A stretch of 40,980 nt of DNA from Candidatus Sulfopaludibacter sp. SbA3 (GCA_945865705.1 CAMBEY010000002.1:1-40980); one strand, 5' to 3'. Counted from the first letter of the stretch, positions 18,626 through 27,275 are shown. Translations and numbers: made by a program. The notes: generated by a model not told the origin, from the sequence alone.

Positions 18626-20173
18626 ATGCCCGGCAAGACTCACCTACAAGAAGAATTATCACGGCGTGGATTTCTGAAAAGTGCACTCGCGGCGGGGGCG
18701 GCCGGTCCCTTGCTTGCTGCTGGGCTAACCGAAGCCAGTGTTACGACGCAGAGGCAGTCTGTTGCGACAGTAGCGATGAGCGGTGAGCTTACACGGTTGA
18801 GTATTCGCGAGGCCAGCGAGCTGCTGCGGAAGAAGAAGGTTTCTCCAGTAGAGCTAACCAGGGAGTGTCTGGCCAGAATCGAGCGCTACAATCCCGCGCT
18901 GAATGCCTTCATCACGATTACAGCGGATTCGGCGTTGGCGGAAGCTCGCGCCGCCGAAACGGAAATCCAGCGCGGAAGATGGCGCGGGCCGCTACACGGG
19001 ATACCAATTGCGTTGAAAGATTTATTCGACACTGCCGGAGTAAAAACGACAGCGGCGAGTGAATTGTATAAGGACCGCATTCCCACTCAGGACGCCGAAG
19101 TCGTGCGCCGACTCAAGGCAGCGGGCGCAGTGTTTCTCGGCAAGCAAAACATGCACGAGTTTGCCTATGGCTCCACCTCCGTGTTTAGTTATTTTGGCGC
19201 AGTGCATAATCCTTGGCAGTTGGAATATATGGCCGGTGGTTCGTCCGGAGGCTCCGCTGCGGCCGTTTCAGCCGAGCTTTGCTTTGGGGCGCTTGGATCA
19301 GACACAGGAGGTTCTATTCGTGGTCCAGCCGCGTGTTGTGCCATCGTTGGTCTGAAACCGACCTACGGACTGGTCAGCACTCGCGGGGCGATTCCCCTTT
19401 CTAGGTCGCGGGATCATGTCGGACCGTTGACTCGTCATGTTGCCGACGCAGCGATCCTGCTTCAGGCCATCGCTGGCAACGATCCCGATGAGCCGACCAG
19501 CCTACAAATGGACGTGCCTAATTACTCGTCAGCATTAGGAGCCAAGACTTCCTCTCTGCGTCTGGGAGTACCTCGCGACTTTTTCTACGCGGGGCTGAAT
19601 CCCGAAATCGAGGCCTCAGTCAAGCAGGCTTTGGATGTACTAGGACGACTTACTGGCAGCCTGCGGGACATCGATGTTCCTGTAAGTACCAGTCAAGTAG
19701 TAACGGACGCGGAAGCGTTTGCGTTCCATGCGGAAACGCTGGAAAAAACGCCGGAACTTTATATGGCGTACACTCGGGGGCGACTCAGCATGGGCGCGAA
19801 GGTTACCGCTCGCGCCTATATCGAAGGTCGCCGTGAACTAGACCAAGTGCGCCGAAATATCCGAAAGACGTTTGCAGCCGTGGACGCTTTAGTAACCCCA
19901 ACCACTCCCATTCCGTCCCGGACAATTGTGGAGGCTACTGGAGACGATCCACTGGCGATTGCTCGTCGGCTTGACCTTCGGAATTGCACTCCATTCAACA
20001 TCAATGGCCTTCCCAGCATTTCCATTCCATGCGGCTTCACAAGCGCGGGCCTGCCTATTGGCCTCCAAATCAGCGGACCACATGGCGGGGAGGCGGTTGT
20101 CCTGCAACTCGCCCATGCCTATGAGCAGGCGACGGAATGGCATAAGCGCCGCCCGCCGCTGCTGACCGCCTAA
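18626..20173 (+). CDS. Amidase-signature family amidase with twin-arginine (Tat) signal
   Basis: The ORF is open from 18578 but overlaps the terminator. ATG 18626 gives MPGKTH..SRRGFLKSALAAGAAG (a Tat motif). Amidase signature GGSSGGSAAAV, GSDTGGSIR and the catalytic Lys context PIALKD. Confidence 0.85.
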   Translation: MPGKTHLQEELSRRGFLKSALAAGAAGPLLAAGLTEASVTTQRQSVATVAMSGELTRLSIREASELLRKKKVSPVELTRECLARIERYNPALNAFITITADSALAEARAAETEIQRGRWRGPLHGIPIALKDLFDTAGVKTTAASELYKDRIPTQDAEVVRRLKAAGAVFLGKQNMHEFAYGSTSVFSYFGAVHNPWQLEYMAGGSSGGSAAAVSAELCFGALGSDTGGSIRGPAACCAIVGLKPTYGLVSTRGAIPLSRSRDHVGPLTRHVADAAILLQAIAGNDPDEPTSLQMDVPNYSSALGAKTSSLRLGVPRDFFYAGLNPEIEASVKQALDVLGRLTGSLRDIDVPVSTSQVVTDAEAFAFHAETLEKTPELYMAYTRGRLSMGAKVTARAYIEGRRELDQVRRNIRKTFAAVDALVTPTTPIPSRTIVEATGDDPLAIARRLDLRNCTPFNINGLPSISIPCGFTSAGLPIGLQISGPHGGEAVVLQLAHAYEQATEWHKRRPPLLTA

Positions 20174-20393
20174 TCTTCCTCGCAATCGCAACCGCTCCAT
20201 GCAACTAGCGTCAAGCGATTGATCTTAATTGACGTTTACTAAATAACATTTTAATAATCAATTAGTCGGAAGCGCACGAAATCCGCATTTCGGCGCATTT
20301 TGGCATGCTTGAGAAAGTTAGGGTGTGATTTTGGGGAGAGATGAACCCTGCGTTGCCGCCCCAATTTTCCATACTTTGAACTGATCTGATAGC

Positions 20394-22223
20394 ATGGATA
20401 GTCAGCCCTTTACCCAGGAATACATGGACAGCAAATACATCCGCAATTTTTCGATCATCGCGCATATCGACCACGGCAAATCCACGCTGGCCGACCGGCT
20501 GCTGGAAGTTACTGGCGCGCTCGCGCAGCGCGAGATGATGGCGCAGGTGCTCGACTCGATGGACCTGGAGCGCGAGCGCGGCATCACCATCAAGGCCCAT
20601 GCCGTGCGCCTGATGTATCACTCGAAAGATGGCCACGACTATCAGCTCAATCTGATTGACACGCCGGGGCACGTCGATTTTTCGTATGAAGTCTCGCGCT
20701 CGCTCGCTGCCTGCGAAGGAGCGCTGCTGGTGGTGGATGCTTCGCAGGGTGTTGAGGCGCAGACCATCGCCAACGCGTTTCTGGCGCTCGAAAATAATCT
20801 GGAGATGATTCCGGTCATCAACAAGATCGATCTGCCCAGCGCCGAGCCGGAGATGGCCAAGCAGCAGATCGAGCATGCCATCGGACTGCCGCCCGCCGAC
20901 GCCATTCTGGTCAGCGCCAAGAGCGGCATCGGCATTGACGAGATGCTGGAGGCCATCGTGCATCGCATCCCCGCGCCCACGGGTTCGGCGGACGCTCCAC
21001 TGCGCGCGCTGATTTTCGATTCGTGGTTCGATCCCTATCGCGGCGTCGTGGTGCTGGTGCGTGTGATGGAAGGAAAGCTCACGCGCGGCACAAAGATTCG
21101 TTTCTGGTCGAACGGTCAGGTGTATGTCGCCGAATCGCTGGGCATCTTCACGCCCAAAGCAGTGGCGGTGGATGAGCTGTCGGCGGGCGAGGTCGGTTGC
21201 ATCGCCGCCAACATCAAAAAAATCTCCGACGCGCAGACCGGCGACACCATTACCGAAGACGCTCGTCCCGCCGCCGGTCCCCTGCCCGGCTTTCAGGAAA
21301 TTAAGCCGATGGTCTTCGCGGGCCTGTATCCAGTGGACGCCGACAACCACGGCCCGCTGCGCGACGCGCTTGAAAAGCTTCGCCTGAACGACTCCGCGCT
21401 TTTCTACGAAGCGGAAAACTCCGCCGCGCTGGGCTTCGGTTTTCGTTGCGGATTCCTCGGCCTGCTGCACATGGAGATTGTGCAGGAGCGGCTCGAGCGC
21501 GAGTTCGACCTGAACCTCATCACCACCGCGCCCGGCGTGCGTTATCGCGTGATCCACAAAAGCGGCGCGCTGATCGAAGTCGATAATCCCACCAAGTTTC
21601 CGGAGGCGGGGGACATCGAGCGCGTGGAAGAGCCGGTCATCACCGCGACCATCATCACGCAGGAAGCGTATCTCGGCGGAATTCTGGCGCTGCTTGAGGA
21701 GAAGCGCGGCGCGCAGAAGAAGTTTGAGTATCTCTCGGCGACGCGCGTGATTCTGACCTACGATCTGCCGCTGAACGAAGTGGTGCTCGACTTCTACGAC
21801 CGCCTGAAGACGGTCTCGCGCGGCTACGCCTCATTTGACTATCACCTCGCGGGCTATCAGACCGCGCCGCTGGTGAAGCTCGACATCATGGTGGCCGGCG
21901 AGCCGCTCGACGCGCTCAGCATGATCGTCCACCGCGATTTCGCGCACGAGCGCGGCAAGATTTTCGTCGAGAAACTTCGCAAACTCATCCCGCGCCAGCA
22001 GTTTGAAGTGGCGTTGCAAGCGGCCATCGGCGCCAAGATCGTGGCGCGCGAGACCATCCACGCCCTGCGCAAAAACGTGATCGCCAAATGCTACGGCGGC
22101 GACATCTCGCGCAAACGCAAGCTGCTCGAAAAGCAAAAAGAAGGCAAGAAGCGCATGAAGCGCGTCGGCCGCATCGACATCCCGCAGGAAGCTTTCCTCG
22201 CGGTGCTCAAGATCAACGAGTAA
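20394..22223 (+). CDS. lepA: Translation elongation factor 4 (LepA)
   Basis: [23 protein letters not shown]1 motif, [13 protein letters not shown], and the conserved LepA C-terminal region. The true start may be the second Met at 20424. Confidence 0.97.
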   Translation: MDSQPFTQEYMDSKYIRNFSIIAHIDHGKSTLADRLLEVTGALAQREMMAQVLDSMDLERERGITIKAHAVRLMYHSKDGHDYQLNLIDTPGHVDFSYEVSRSLAACEGALLVVDASQGVEAQTIANAFLALENNLEMIPVINKIDLPSAEPEMAKQQIEHAIGLPPADAILVSAKSGIGIDEMLEAIVHRIPAPTGSADAPLRALIFDSWFDPYRGVVVLVRVMEGKLTRGTKIRFWSNGQVYVAESLGIFTPKAVAVDELSAGEVGCIAANIKKISDAQTGDTITEDARPAAGPLPGFQEIKPMVFAGLYPVDADNHGPLRDALEKLRLNDSALFYEAENSAALGFGFRCGFLGLLHMEIVQERLEREFDLNLITTAPGVRYRVIHKSGALIEVDNPTKFPEAGDIERVEEPVITATIITQEAYLGGILALLEEKRGAQKKFEYLSATRVILTYDLPLNEVVLDFYDRLKTVSRGYASFDYHLAGYQTAPLVKLDIMVAGEPLDALSMIVHRDFAHERGKIFVEKLRKLIPRQQFEVALQAAIGAKIVARETIHALRKNVIAKCYGGDISRKRKLLEKQKEGKKRMKRVGRIDIPQEAFLAVLKINE

Positions 22224-22288
22224 ATTCTTCGAACATCCAGTGTGGACGTAGCAAAAGACTCCCTAGCCAAACCGGTATCATTTAATTG

Positions 22289-22297
22289 TGCTAGTAT
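22289..22297 (+). promoter_or_regulatory. Extended -10 element TGCTAGTAT upstream of the DUF2059-like gene
   Basis: Intergenic, about 55 nt upstream of the start. Same TGCTAnnAT pattern as the other sites. Confidence 0.4.
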
Positions 22298-22348
22298 CTT
22301 TCCATATTCAGAGGTACACGGACTCATTATTGCGACTTTCCGAAGGGG

Positions 22349-22906
22349 GTGAATGTGCGAAAGAGTTTCCGAGCAATGCTGTTGTGTAGTTGGACCCTGT
22401 TTGCCATGGGGATCCAAGATTCTTTGTGGGCGCAAGATGGCACTCCGGCAAGCGACGAAAAGATTCGCACCATGCTAAAAGTGTCGAAGGCAGACCGGAT
22501 GTTAGATCAGATGTTGGACGGGCTCTCTCTTCAGATGAAACAATCCTTCGATCCTATAATTGCCACCTTGCCCGAGAAGGATCGTCCCGTGGCGCAAAAA
22601 GTAATGGACGAATTCTGGATACGATTTATCGAATCAGCCCGAGCCAACGGCGAAACGCTAATTTCCGACATTGGTAAAATTTATAAGAAACATCTGACAG
22701 AAGAAGAGGTTCAGGCATCAATCGAGTTCTACCAAACTCCCAGCGGACAATCCTTGCTCGACAAGATGCCGACAGTTATGATGGAATCATTTGCTGTGGG
22801 CCGTAGTTGGGGAGAGAAAATGGGGGCGACCGTCATGAAGGGTCTGGTCGATGAACTCAAAAAGGAAATTCCCGAGTTTGGGAAAGCACCTAACCAGGCA
22901 AACTAG
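22349..22906 (+). CDS. Secreted DUF2059-like protein
   Basis: GTG start (22349 or 22355) after GAAGGGGG. Signal peptide ends LWA/QDG. FYQTPSGQSLLDKMP is the DUF2059 hallmark. Confidence 0.7.
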   Translation: MNVRKSFRAMLLCSWTLFAMGIQDSLWAQDGTPASDEKIRTMLKVSKADRMLDQMLDGLSLQMKQSFDPIIATLPEKDRPVAQKVMDEFWIRFIESARANGETLISDIGKIYKKHLTEEEVQASIEFYQTPSGQSLLDKMPTVMMESFAVGRSWGEKMGATVMKGLVDELKKEIPEFGKAPNQAN

Positions 22907-22927
22907 TCGAGATGTGTTGGTAGAGGA

Positions 22928-23395
22928 TTGAACGAAAACATCTACATCGGCAGCGCCGTGGGCACGCTCCTGGCGCTTGTATTTTTCCTCGCCATCGCAG
23001 TCGCTATCGGCTACGTTGTGTACTTGCTGCTGGCGCATCCCGAGACGCGGCGAGCTGAGTTCCTGAGCCTCGGCGCGGTCTCGCGGATCACGGCGATGCT
23101 AATCGCCGCCGTCATCGGCGGCATGATTTTTCTAGTCATCTGCAAAGCGACGTTCACCGGATTCAACCGGATCGAGGCCGATGGAGAGATCCTTCGCCTG
23201 CATTACCTGATCCCGCCGCACACCGCGGAGCTCCGCCGCGACCAACTTTCACGGCTCGATAAGCAGTTCGCGTATCGAGTGGCGTGGAGACTGGTCATCG
23301 CTACCAGCGACGGGAAAACCTACGAAAGCGTAGTGGCTGGCGCTCCGGTGATCGAATTCTCGCGCTTGCGCCTGGCGCAGCTCATTATCGAATAG
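22928..23395 (+). CDS. Small membrane protein of unknown function (TM hairpin + PH-like C-terminal domain)
   Basis: 155-aa ORF with TTG start and poor SD spacing. Two clear TM helices. Coding-like composition. Confidence 0.5.
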   Translation: MNENIYIGSAVGTLLALVFFLAIAVAIGYVVYLLLAHPETRRAEFLSLGAVSRITAMLIAAVIGGMIFLVICKATFTGFNRIEADGEILRLHYLIPPHTAELRRDQLSRLDKQFAYRVAWRLVIATSDGKTYESVVAGAPVIEFSRLRLAQLIIE

Positions 23396-23423
23396 AGCAC
23401 ACATCCTCAAAGCGAAACACGAA

Positions 23424-24518
23424 TCAAGCGCTGGGCTGCTGCTGGCTCATGCAGTGGAAGGTGCCTAGACCGTAGACCAGGTGCTTGGCCATCAGGCCGA
23501 CGGTTTTGCGGCCGGGGAAAAGTGACTGGATGACCTCGACGGCCTTCGAGTCGTTGGGCTGGCCGAAGATGGGTACCAGGACCTTGCTGTTGCTGATGTA
23601 GAAGTTGGCGTAGCTGGCGGGCAGGCGGCCTTCTTCATCGCCCACCCAGCCGGGCGTGGGCAGCGGGATGACGGTCAGCTTGTTGCCATCCTGATCCGTG
23701 GCGGCGGCGAGCAGCTCGAAATTCTTCTGCAGCGGCGCGTGGTCCGGGTCGCTCGCGTCCGACGTCAGCGCGCAGACCACAGTCGTCGCGTTGACGAAGC
23801 GGGCTATGTCGTCGATGTGTCCGTCGGTGTCGTCGCCCTCGATGCCTTCCTTCAGCCAGATGAAGTGGTGCACTCCGAGATAGTCGCGCAGATACCGCTC
23901 AATCTCACTTTTGTTCAACGTGGGATTGCGGTTGGGGTTGAGCAGACACTGCTCGGTGGTGATGAGCGTTCCCTTCCCGTTGACTTCGATTGATCCGCCC
24001 TCCATCACGATGCCCGGTTCGAGCATTGGCAGGCGCAGCGCCTCGCGCATGCGGTAGGGCGTGCGGTCATCCTTGAGCAGCGTCGCATACTTCCCGCCCC
24101 AGGCATTGAAAATCCATTTGATCATTGAGAGTGGGGGCAGCGGAGTTGCCCGTGATGGAGTGCCCGGCTGCGCGCGGTTGCTGTCGCGCACGAAGATGGG
24201 GCCGTAATCGCGGAACCAGATGTCGGCGTAGTCGCCGCAGTGGAAGCGTATGCGCGCGGCGTCACTTCCCACGGGCACGCCGCGCTCACGCAACAGGCCC
24301 GCGACGCGCGACTGCATGGCGTCATCCAGCACCTGCAACTCCACGCGTTCGCTGGTGGATACTTCCGCAACGAATGCGGCAAACTCGGCTTCCGCCTCTT
24401 CGAGAAAGGGAAACGAAATGGGATCATGCGGCCAGGAAAGCCACACCGCCTCGTGCGGCTCCCACTCGGCGGGCATGGTGTAATTCGGTTTTGGGTATGG
24501 TTTGTTGGTGGATGTCAT
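23424..24518 (-). CDS. aguA: Agmatine deiminase
   Basis: Start trimmed to MTSTNK...YTMPAEWEPHEAVWLSWPH. The C-terminus GTFHCMSQQQP carries the catalytic Cys context of the Porphyromonas-type peptidyl-arginine/agmatine deiminase family. Confidence 0.9.
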   Translation of the reverse strand: MTSTNKPYPKPNYTMPAEWEPHEAVWLSWPHDPISFPFLEEAEAEFAAFVAEVSTSERVELQVLDDAMQSRVAGLLRERGVPVGSDAARIRFHCGDYADIWFRDYGPIFVRDSNRAQPGTPSRATPLPPLSMIKWIFNAWGGKYATLLKDDRTPYRMREALRLPMLEPGIVMEGGSIEVNGKGTLITTEQCLLNPNRNPTLNKSEIERYLRDYLGVHHFIWLKEGIEGDDTDGHIDDIARFVNATTVVCALTSDASDPDHAPLQKNFELLAAATDQDGNKLTVIPLPTPGWVGDEEGRLPASYANFYISNSKVLVPIFGQPNDSKAVEVIQSLFPGRKTVGLMAKHLVYGLGTFHCMSQQQPSA

Positions 24519-24563
24519 GCCGATGGGGGAGAAGCTCTCAATTTTAAACCCAAAGTCCCAAGC

Positions 24564-24591
24564 AAATTCCGAGTTCCAGATTCCGAATTCC
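24564..24591 (-). repeat. Heptamer tandem repeat x4 (GGAAU-containing on the mRNA strand) in the aguB-aguA spacer
   Basis: Plus strand reads AAATTCC GAGTTCC AGATTCC GAATTCC. The minus-strand RNA reads GGAAUUC GGAAUCU GGAACUC GGAAUUU. Confidence 0.9.
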
Positions 24592-24639
24592 AAAAATCAA
24601 GCACGCAACGCATCTTCTAACTCCTGCCTTCTTGCTTCC

Positions 24640-25566
24640 TTACTTCTTATACGTCTCCGGCCGGCGATTGCGCAGGAACCCCCAGCCTTTGCGGATGCGC
24701 TGATTGTGCGCCAGATTCAACTTGGCGATTAGTATCTCATCGTCGGTGGCGGAGGCGCGCTTGAGCACTTTGCCGAAGCTGTCGCAGGCGAACGATTGTC
24801 CCCAGAACCTCAGACCTTTTCCTGCGGGGCCTTCCCTGCCCGTGCGATTCACCGCGACGACATGCGTGCCGTTGGCGATGGCGTGCCCGCGCATGATGGT
24901 CTCCCATGCGTCGTGCCAGTCGCCGTCGGCGGACTTGTAACCCGTCACGTGCCCGATGGCCGTGGGATAGAAAATAATCTCCGCGCCCTGGAGCGTGGCT
25001 TGCCGCGCGGCCTCGGGAAACCACTGGTCGTAGCAGATCAGCACCGCAAACGTCGCGGCCTTTGTTTTGTATACGCGGTAGCCCGAGTCGCCCGGCTCGA
25101 AATAATTCTTCTCGTAGAACAGTGGATCGTGAGGAATATGAATCTTGCGATAGGTGGGCAGACGCCGCCCGCGCTCGTCAAACACCACCGCCGAGTTGAA
25201 GTAGCGGTGCTGCTCGCCAGCCTTCGCAGCGGCCTTCAATCCGCTTTGGCCCGCCCCTGCCCGTTTAACGAACGAAGCACGCTCATAGATCGGCACAATG
25301 ATGCTGACGCCGAGTTCCTTTGCCAGCGATGCAAAAACTTCAGTGGACTCACCCGGAATGGTTTCCGCGAGCGCGGCTTTATTCGCGGACTTCTCCTGCG
25401 GAAAGTAGAGCGTGCGATAAAGCTCCGGCAGACAGATGATCCGCGCGCCGCGCCGCGCCGCCAGACGCACCAGCGCCTCGGCCTTGCGCACGTTGCCCAG
25501 ATGGCTCCCGCGCACCGGCGCCGCCATGCTCATCTGTATGCCCGCAATCGTCACCGTGCTGCTCAT
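24640..25566 (-). CDS. aguB: N-carbamoylputrescine amidase (carbon-nitrogen hydrolase family)
   Basis: Start trimmed to MSSTVTIAGIQM. The upstream part of the 429-aa ORF runs through a palindromic repeat. Glu-Lys-Cys triad contexts CLPELY, YRKIHIP and VLICYDQWFPE. Confidence 0.88.
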   Translation of the reverse strand: MSSTVTIAGIQMSMAAPVRGSHLGNVRKAEALVRLAARRGARIICLPELYRTLYFPQEKSANKAALAETIPGESTEVFASLAKELGVSIIVPIYERASFVKRAGAGQSGLKAAAKAGEQHRYFNSAVVFDERGRRLPTYRKIHIPHDPLFYEKNYFEPGDSGYRVYKTKAATFAVLICYDQWFPEAARQATLQGAEIIFYPTAIGHVTGYKSADGDWHDAWETIMRGHAIANGTHVVAVNRTGREGPAGKGLRFWGQSFACDSFGKVLKRASATDDEILIAKLNLAHNQRIRKGWGFLRNRRPETYKK

Positions 25567-25704
25567 CGTATTCCGGATGGACGAACTCCTTGCTGATATT
25601 CTCAGCGCCAAACTTTTATGATACTCGATTCGCGCAATGGTGTATCCGCGCCGCGACAGTTGGAAGTGACTCGGTTTTATCGGATGGACGATGGGGGTAA
25701 AGTG

Positions 25705-25754
25705 GGGCAGGCATTCCTGCCTGCCCTCTGGAGGACAGGTCTGGAGACCTGTCC
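25705..25754. repeat. REP-like pair of perfect GC-rich hairpins
   Basis: Hairpin A: 9-bp stem 25705-25713 / 25718-25726 with loop TTCC. Hairpin B: GGACAGGTC (25733-25741), loop TGGA, GACCTGTCC (25746-25754). The flanking GGGGCAGG (25704-25711) is complementary to CCTGCCCC (25754-25761). Confidence 0.8.
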
Positions 25755-26141
25755 CTGCCCCGGAGCGCAAACTGAGTTCCGAAAAACGGGGAAGGAAAAG
25801 ATTGAATATTTGGAAACCAAATCCCTCGAGAGAGTTCCTAAACCGAGAGACCGCCAAAATAGTACTGGATAGTCCTAGCAACAAACCGGGACAAATCCGG
25901 CGAGCTGGTGGTGGACGGGATCGACGCACCGCAGAGAATCAGCTTGGGCGAATGGGGGTGATTTTCCGGATTATTTGGAAAAAACCGTAAACGTTTGCAC
26001 TTTGGTCAAGTTGGGCAAGTCCGCAAATCTGTCATCGAGTAATGCGAAATAACCACGGTATTGTGGATAAAACGAGATGAGTTGCGGAGACCGGCGGATT
26101 CCCTTCCCGGGAAAATTTGTATACTGTTGTTTATAAAAAAA

Positions 26142-27023
26142 TTAAATAAGATTCAGAAGGTCGTTAAGCTGTTTGGCAACGGGTTTCGTAAAATTGTCGT
26201 CGGTCCAATACATGGAGTGCGACAGCGGCGTGTTGGAGAGCAGAGGAAATCCCGCGTCGATGGCGATGTCTTCGCTCACAGCTTGGTTGAAGCTGGGTGA
26301 TAAGGGCTTCAGCGGGTATCCCAGAACGTCATCTATATCATGGAAATTAAGCAACTTAACTGTTTTTTGTAGGGTTTTCTGATCAGTTTTTGGAAAGTGT
26401 TTTTGCAGGTTCGGAGGGGGGAAATCTATGGCCAAGGCTTCTTTGTATGCAAGGCTGAACAAGGGGATGTTGCAACCGAAGGTTATGATCCCGGCGAGCG
26501 TGTTCATTCTCTCTAAGTCATTTTTACCAAATGACTTATTCCTCTTTCGCCGCTTGCCATTGGCCCGCAACTTTTCAGATTGCTGGTGATCCCAAATATA
26601 ATTTGAGATGATATGGCAGCCAAGTGAGTGAGCGATCACCACGATAGGGCAGTCGGGCGCGGATGCGGGCAGGTCCTGGCGGAGACTCGACCGCAACTTT
26701 GACAAGTTATCTCTAATTATTCCATGTATTTGCGAATAGACATCTTCGTCTGGGCCGGGGACTCTCTGGTAGGCCAGGGCATCGCCAAAGGCTGTGATCA
26801 CGAAGCGCCGTATGCGCGAATAGTCGAGCTTGGTATCGACCTTCATGTCAGCACACAGCTTTTCCTCGCGATAGTTTAAGACATCCGCCCAATAGACCTC
26901 CTGCCAGCATATCTCGCTGGAATTGCCGATGCGCGACTCCAGCTCCGCAACAAGCTCATCGGAGAAGCCACGCTTTTGCGACCCCATGCCGTGAACGATC
27001 AACACACCGAGTTTGTAGGCCAT
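26142..27023 (-). CDS. Alpha/beta-hydrolase-fold protein (putative esterase/lipase), unknown family
   Basis: 293 aa. Starts MAYKLGVLIVHGMG. Nucleophile elbow VVIAHSLGCH (G/A-x-S-x-G). Candidate Asp (FHDIDDVLGYP) and His (PLSHSMYW). No signal peptide. Confidence 0.75.
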   Translation of the reverse strand: MAYKLGVLIVHGMGSQKRGFSDELVAELESRIGNSSEICWQEVYWADVLNYREEKLCADMKVDTKLDYSRIRRFVITAFGDALAYQRVPGPDEDVYSQIHGIIRDNLSKLRSSLRQDLPASAPDCPIVVIAHSLGCHIISNYIWDHQQSEKLRANGKRRKRNKSFGKNDLERMNTLAGIITFGCNIPLFSLAYKEALAIDFPPPNLQKHFPKTDQKTLQKTVKLLNFHDIDDVLGYPLKPLSPSFNQAVSEDIAIDAGFPLLSNTPLSHSMYWTDDNFTKPVAKQLNDLLNLI

Positions 27024-27055
27024 ACGATTACCCCCAATCCGTTGCTTCTGCGATG

Positions 27056-27064
27056 GTTATAGCA
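27056..27064 (-). promoter_or_regulatory. Extended -10 element TGCTATAAC (minus strand) upstream of the alpha/beta-hydrolase gene
   Basis: Reverse complement of GTTATAGCA at 27056-27064, about 33 nt upstream of ATG 27023. Confidence 0.35.
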
Positions 27065-27169
27065 CAACGAAGAGAGTGTATCAATAGGGTTATGGGGGCG
27101 AGTTAATGGAGAGCGAGGAGGGAAGTGGACAATCTAAATAGGCCGGGGGCCAGCGAAGCTGACGGCCAA

Positions 27170-27185
27170 TGTTCCACGTGGAACA
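27170..27185. promoter_or_regulatory. parS: parS centromere-like site 1
   Basis: Perfect 16-bp palindrome TGTTCCACGTGGAACA, matching the chromosomal parS consensus bound by ParB/Spo0J. Confidence 0.9.
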
Positions 27186-27239
27186 ATCTAAACCAAGACT
27201 CACTAGGCACAGCCGGGCTCCACCACCCCAATATCAATC

Positions 27240-27272
27240 TATGACCATGTATGACCATCGTGTATGACCATG
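27240..27272 (+). repeat. Triple direct repeat TATGACCAT (iteron-like) between the two parS sites
   Basis: TATGACCATG (27240-27249), TATGACCATC (27250-27259), TATGACCATG (27263-27272). Confidence 0.9.
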
Positions 27273-27275
27273 AAT

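Noticed and set aside
20262-21557. 431-aa minus-strand ORF opposite lepA
   Set aside because: It is embedded entirely antisense to an unmistakable lepA. It has no start context or recognisable domain, so it is a shadow ORF.
25567-25929. N-terminal 121-codon extension of the aguB ORF (429 aa in the track)
   Set aside because: The extension reads through the REP-like palindromes and low-complexity sequence. Carbon-nitrogen hydrolase homology begins at MSSTVTIAGIQM (ATG 25566), which gives the normal length of about 308 aa.
26062-26070. Perfect DnaA box TGTGGATAA in the AT-rich gap near parAB, raising the possibility of oriC
   Set aside because: There is only one perfect box. I found no cluster of boxes, no AT-rich 13-mer-like repeats, and no dnaA or dnaN in the window. 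A single 9-mer can occur by chance.
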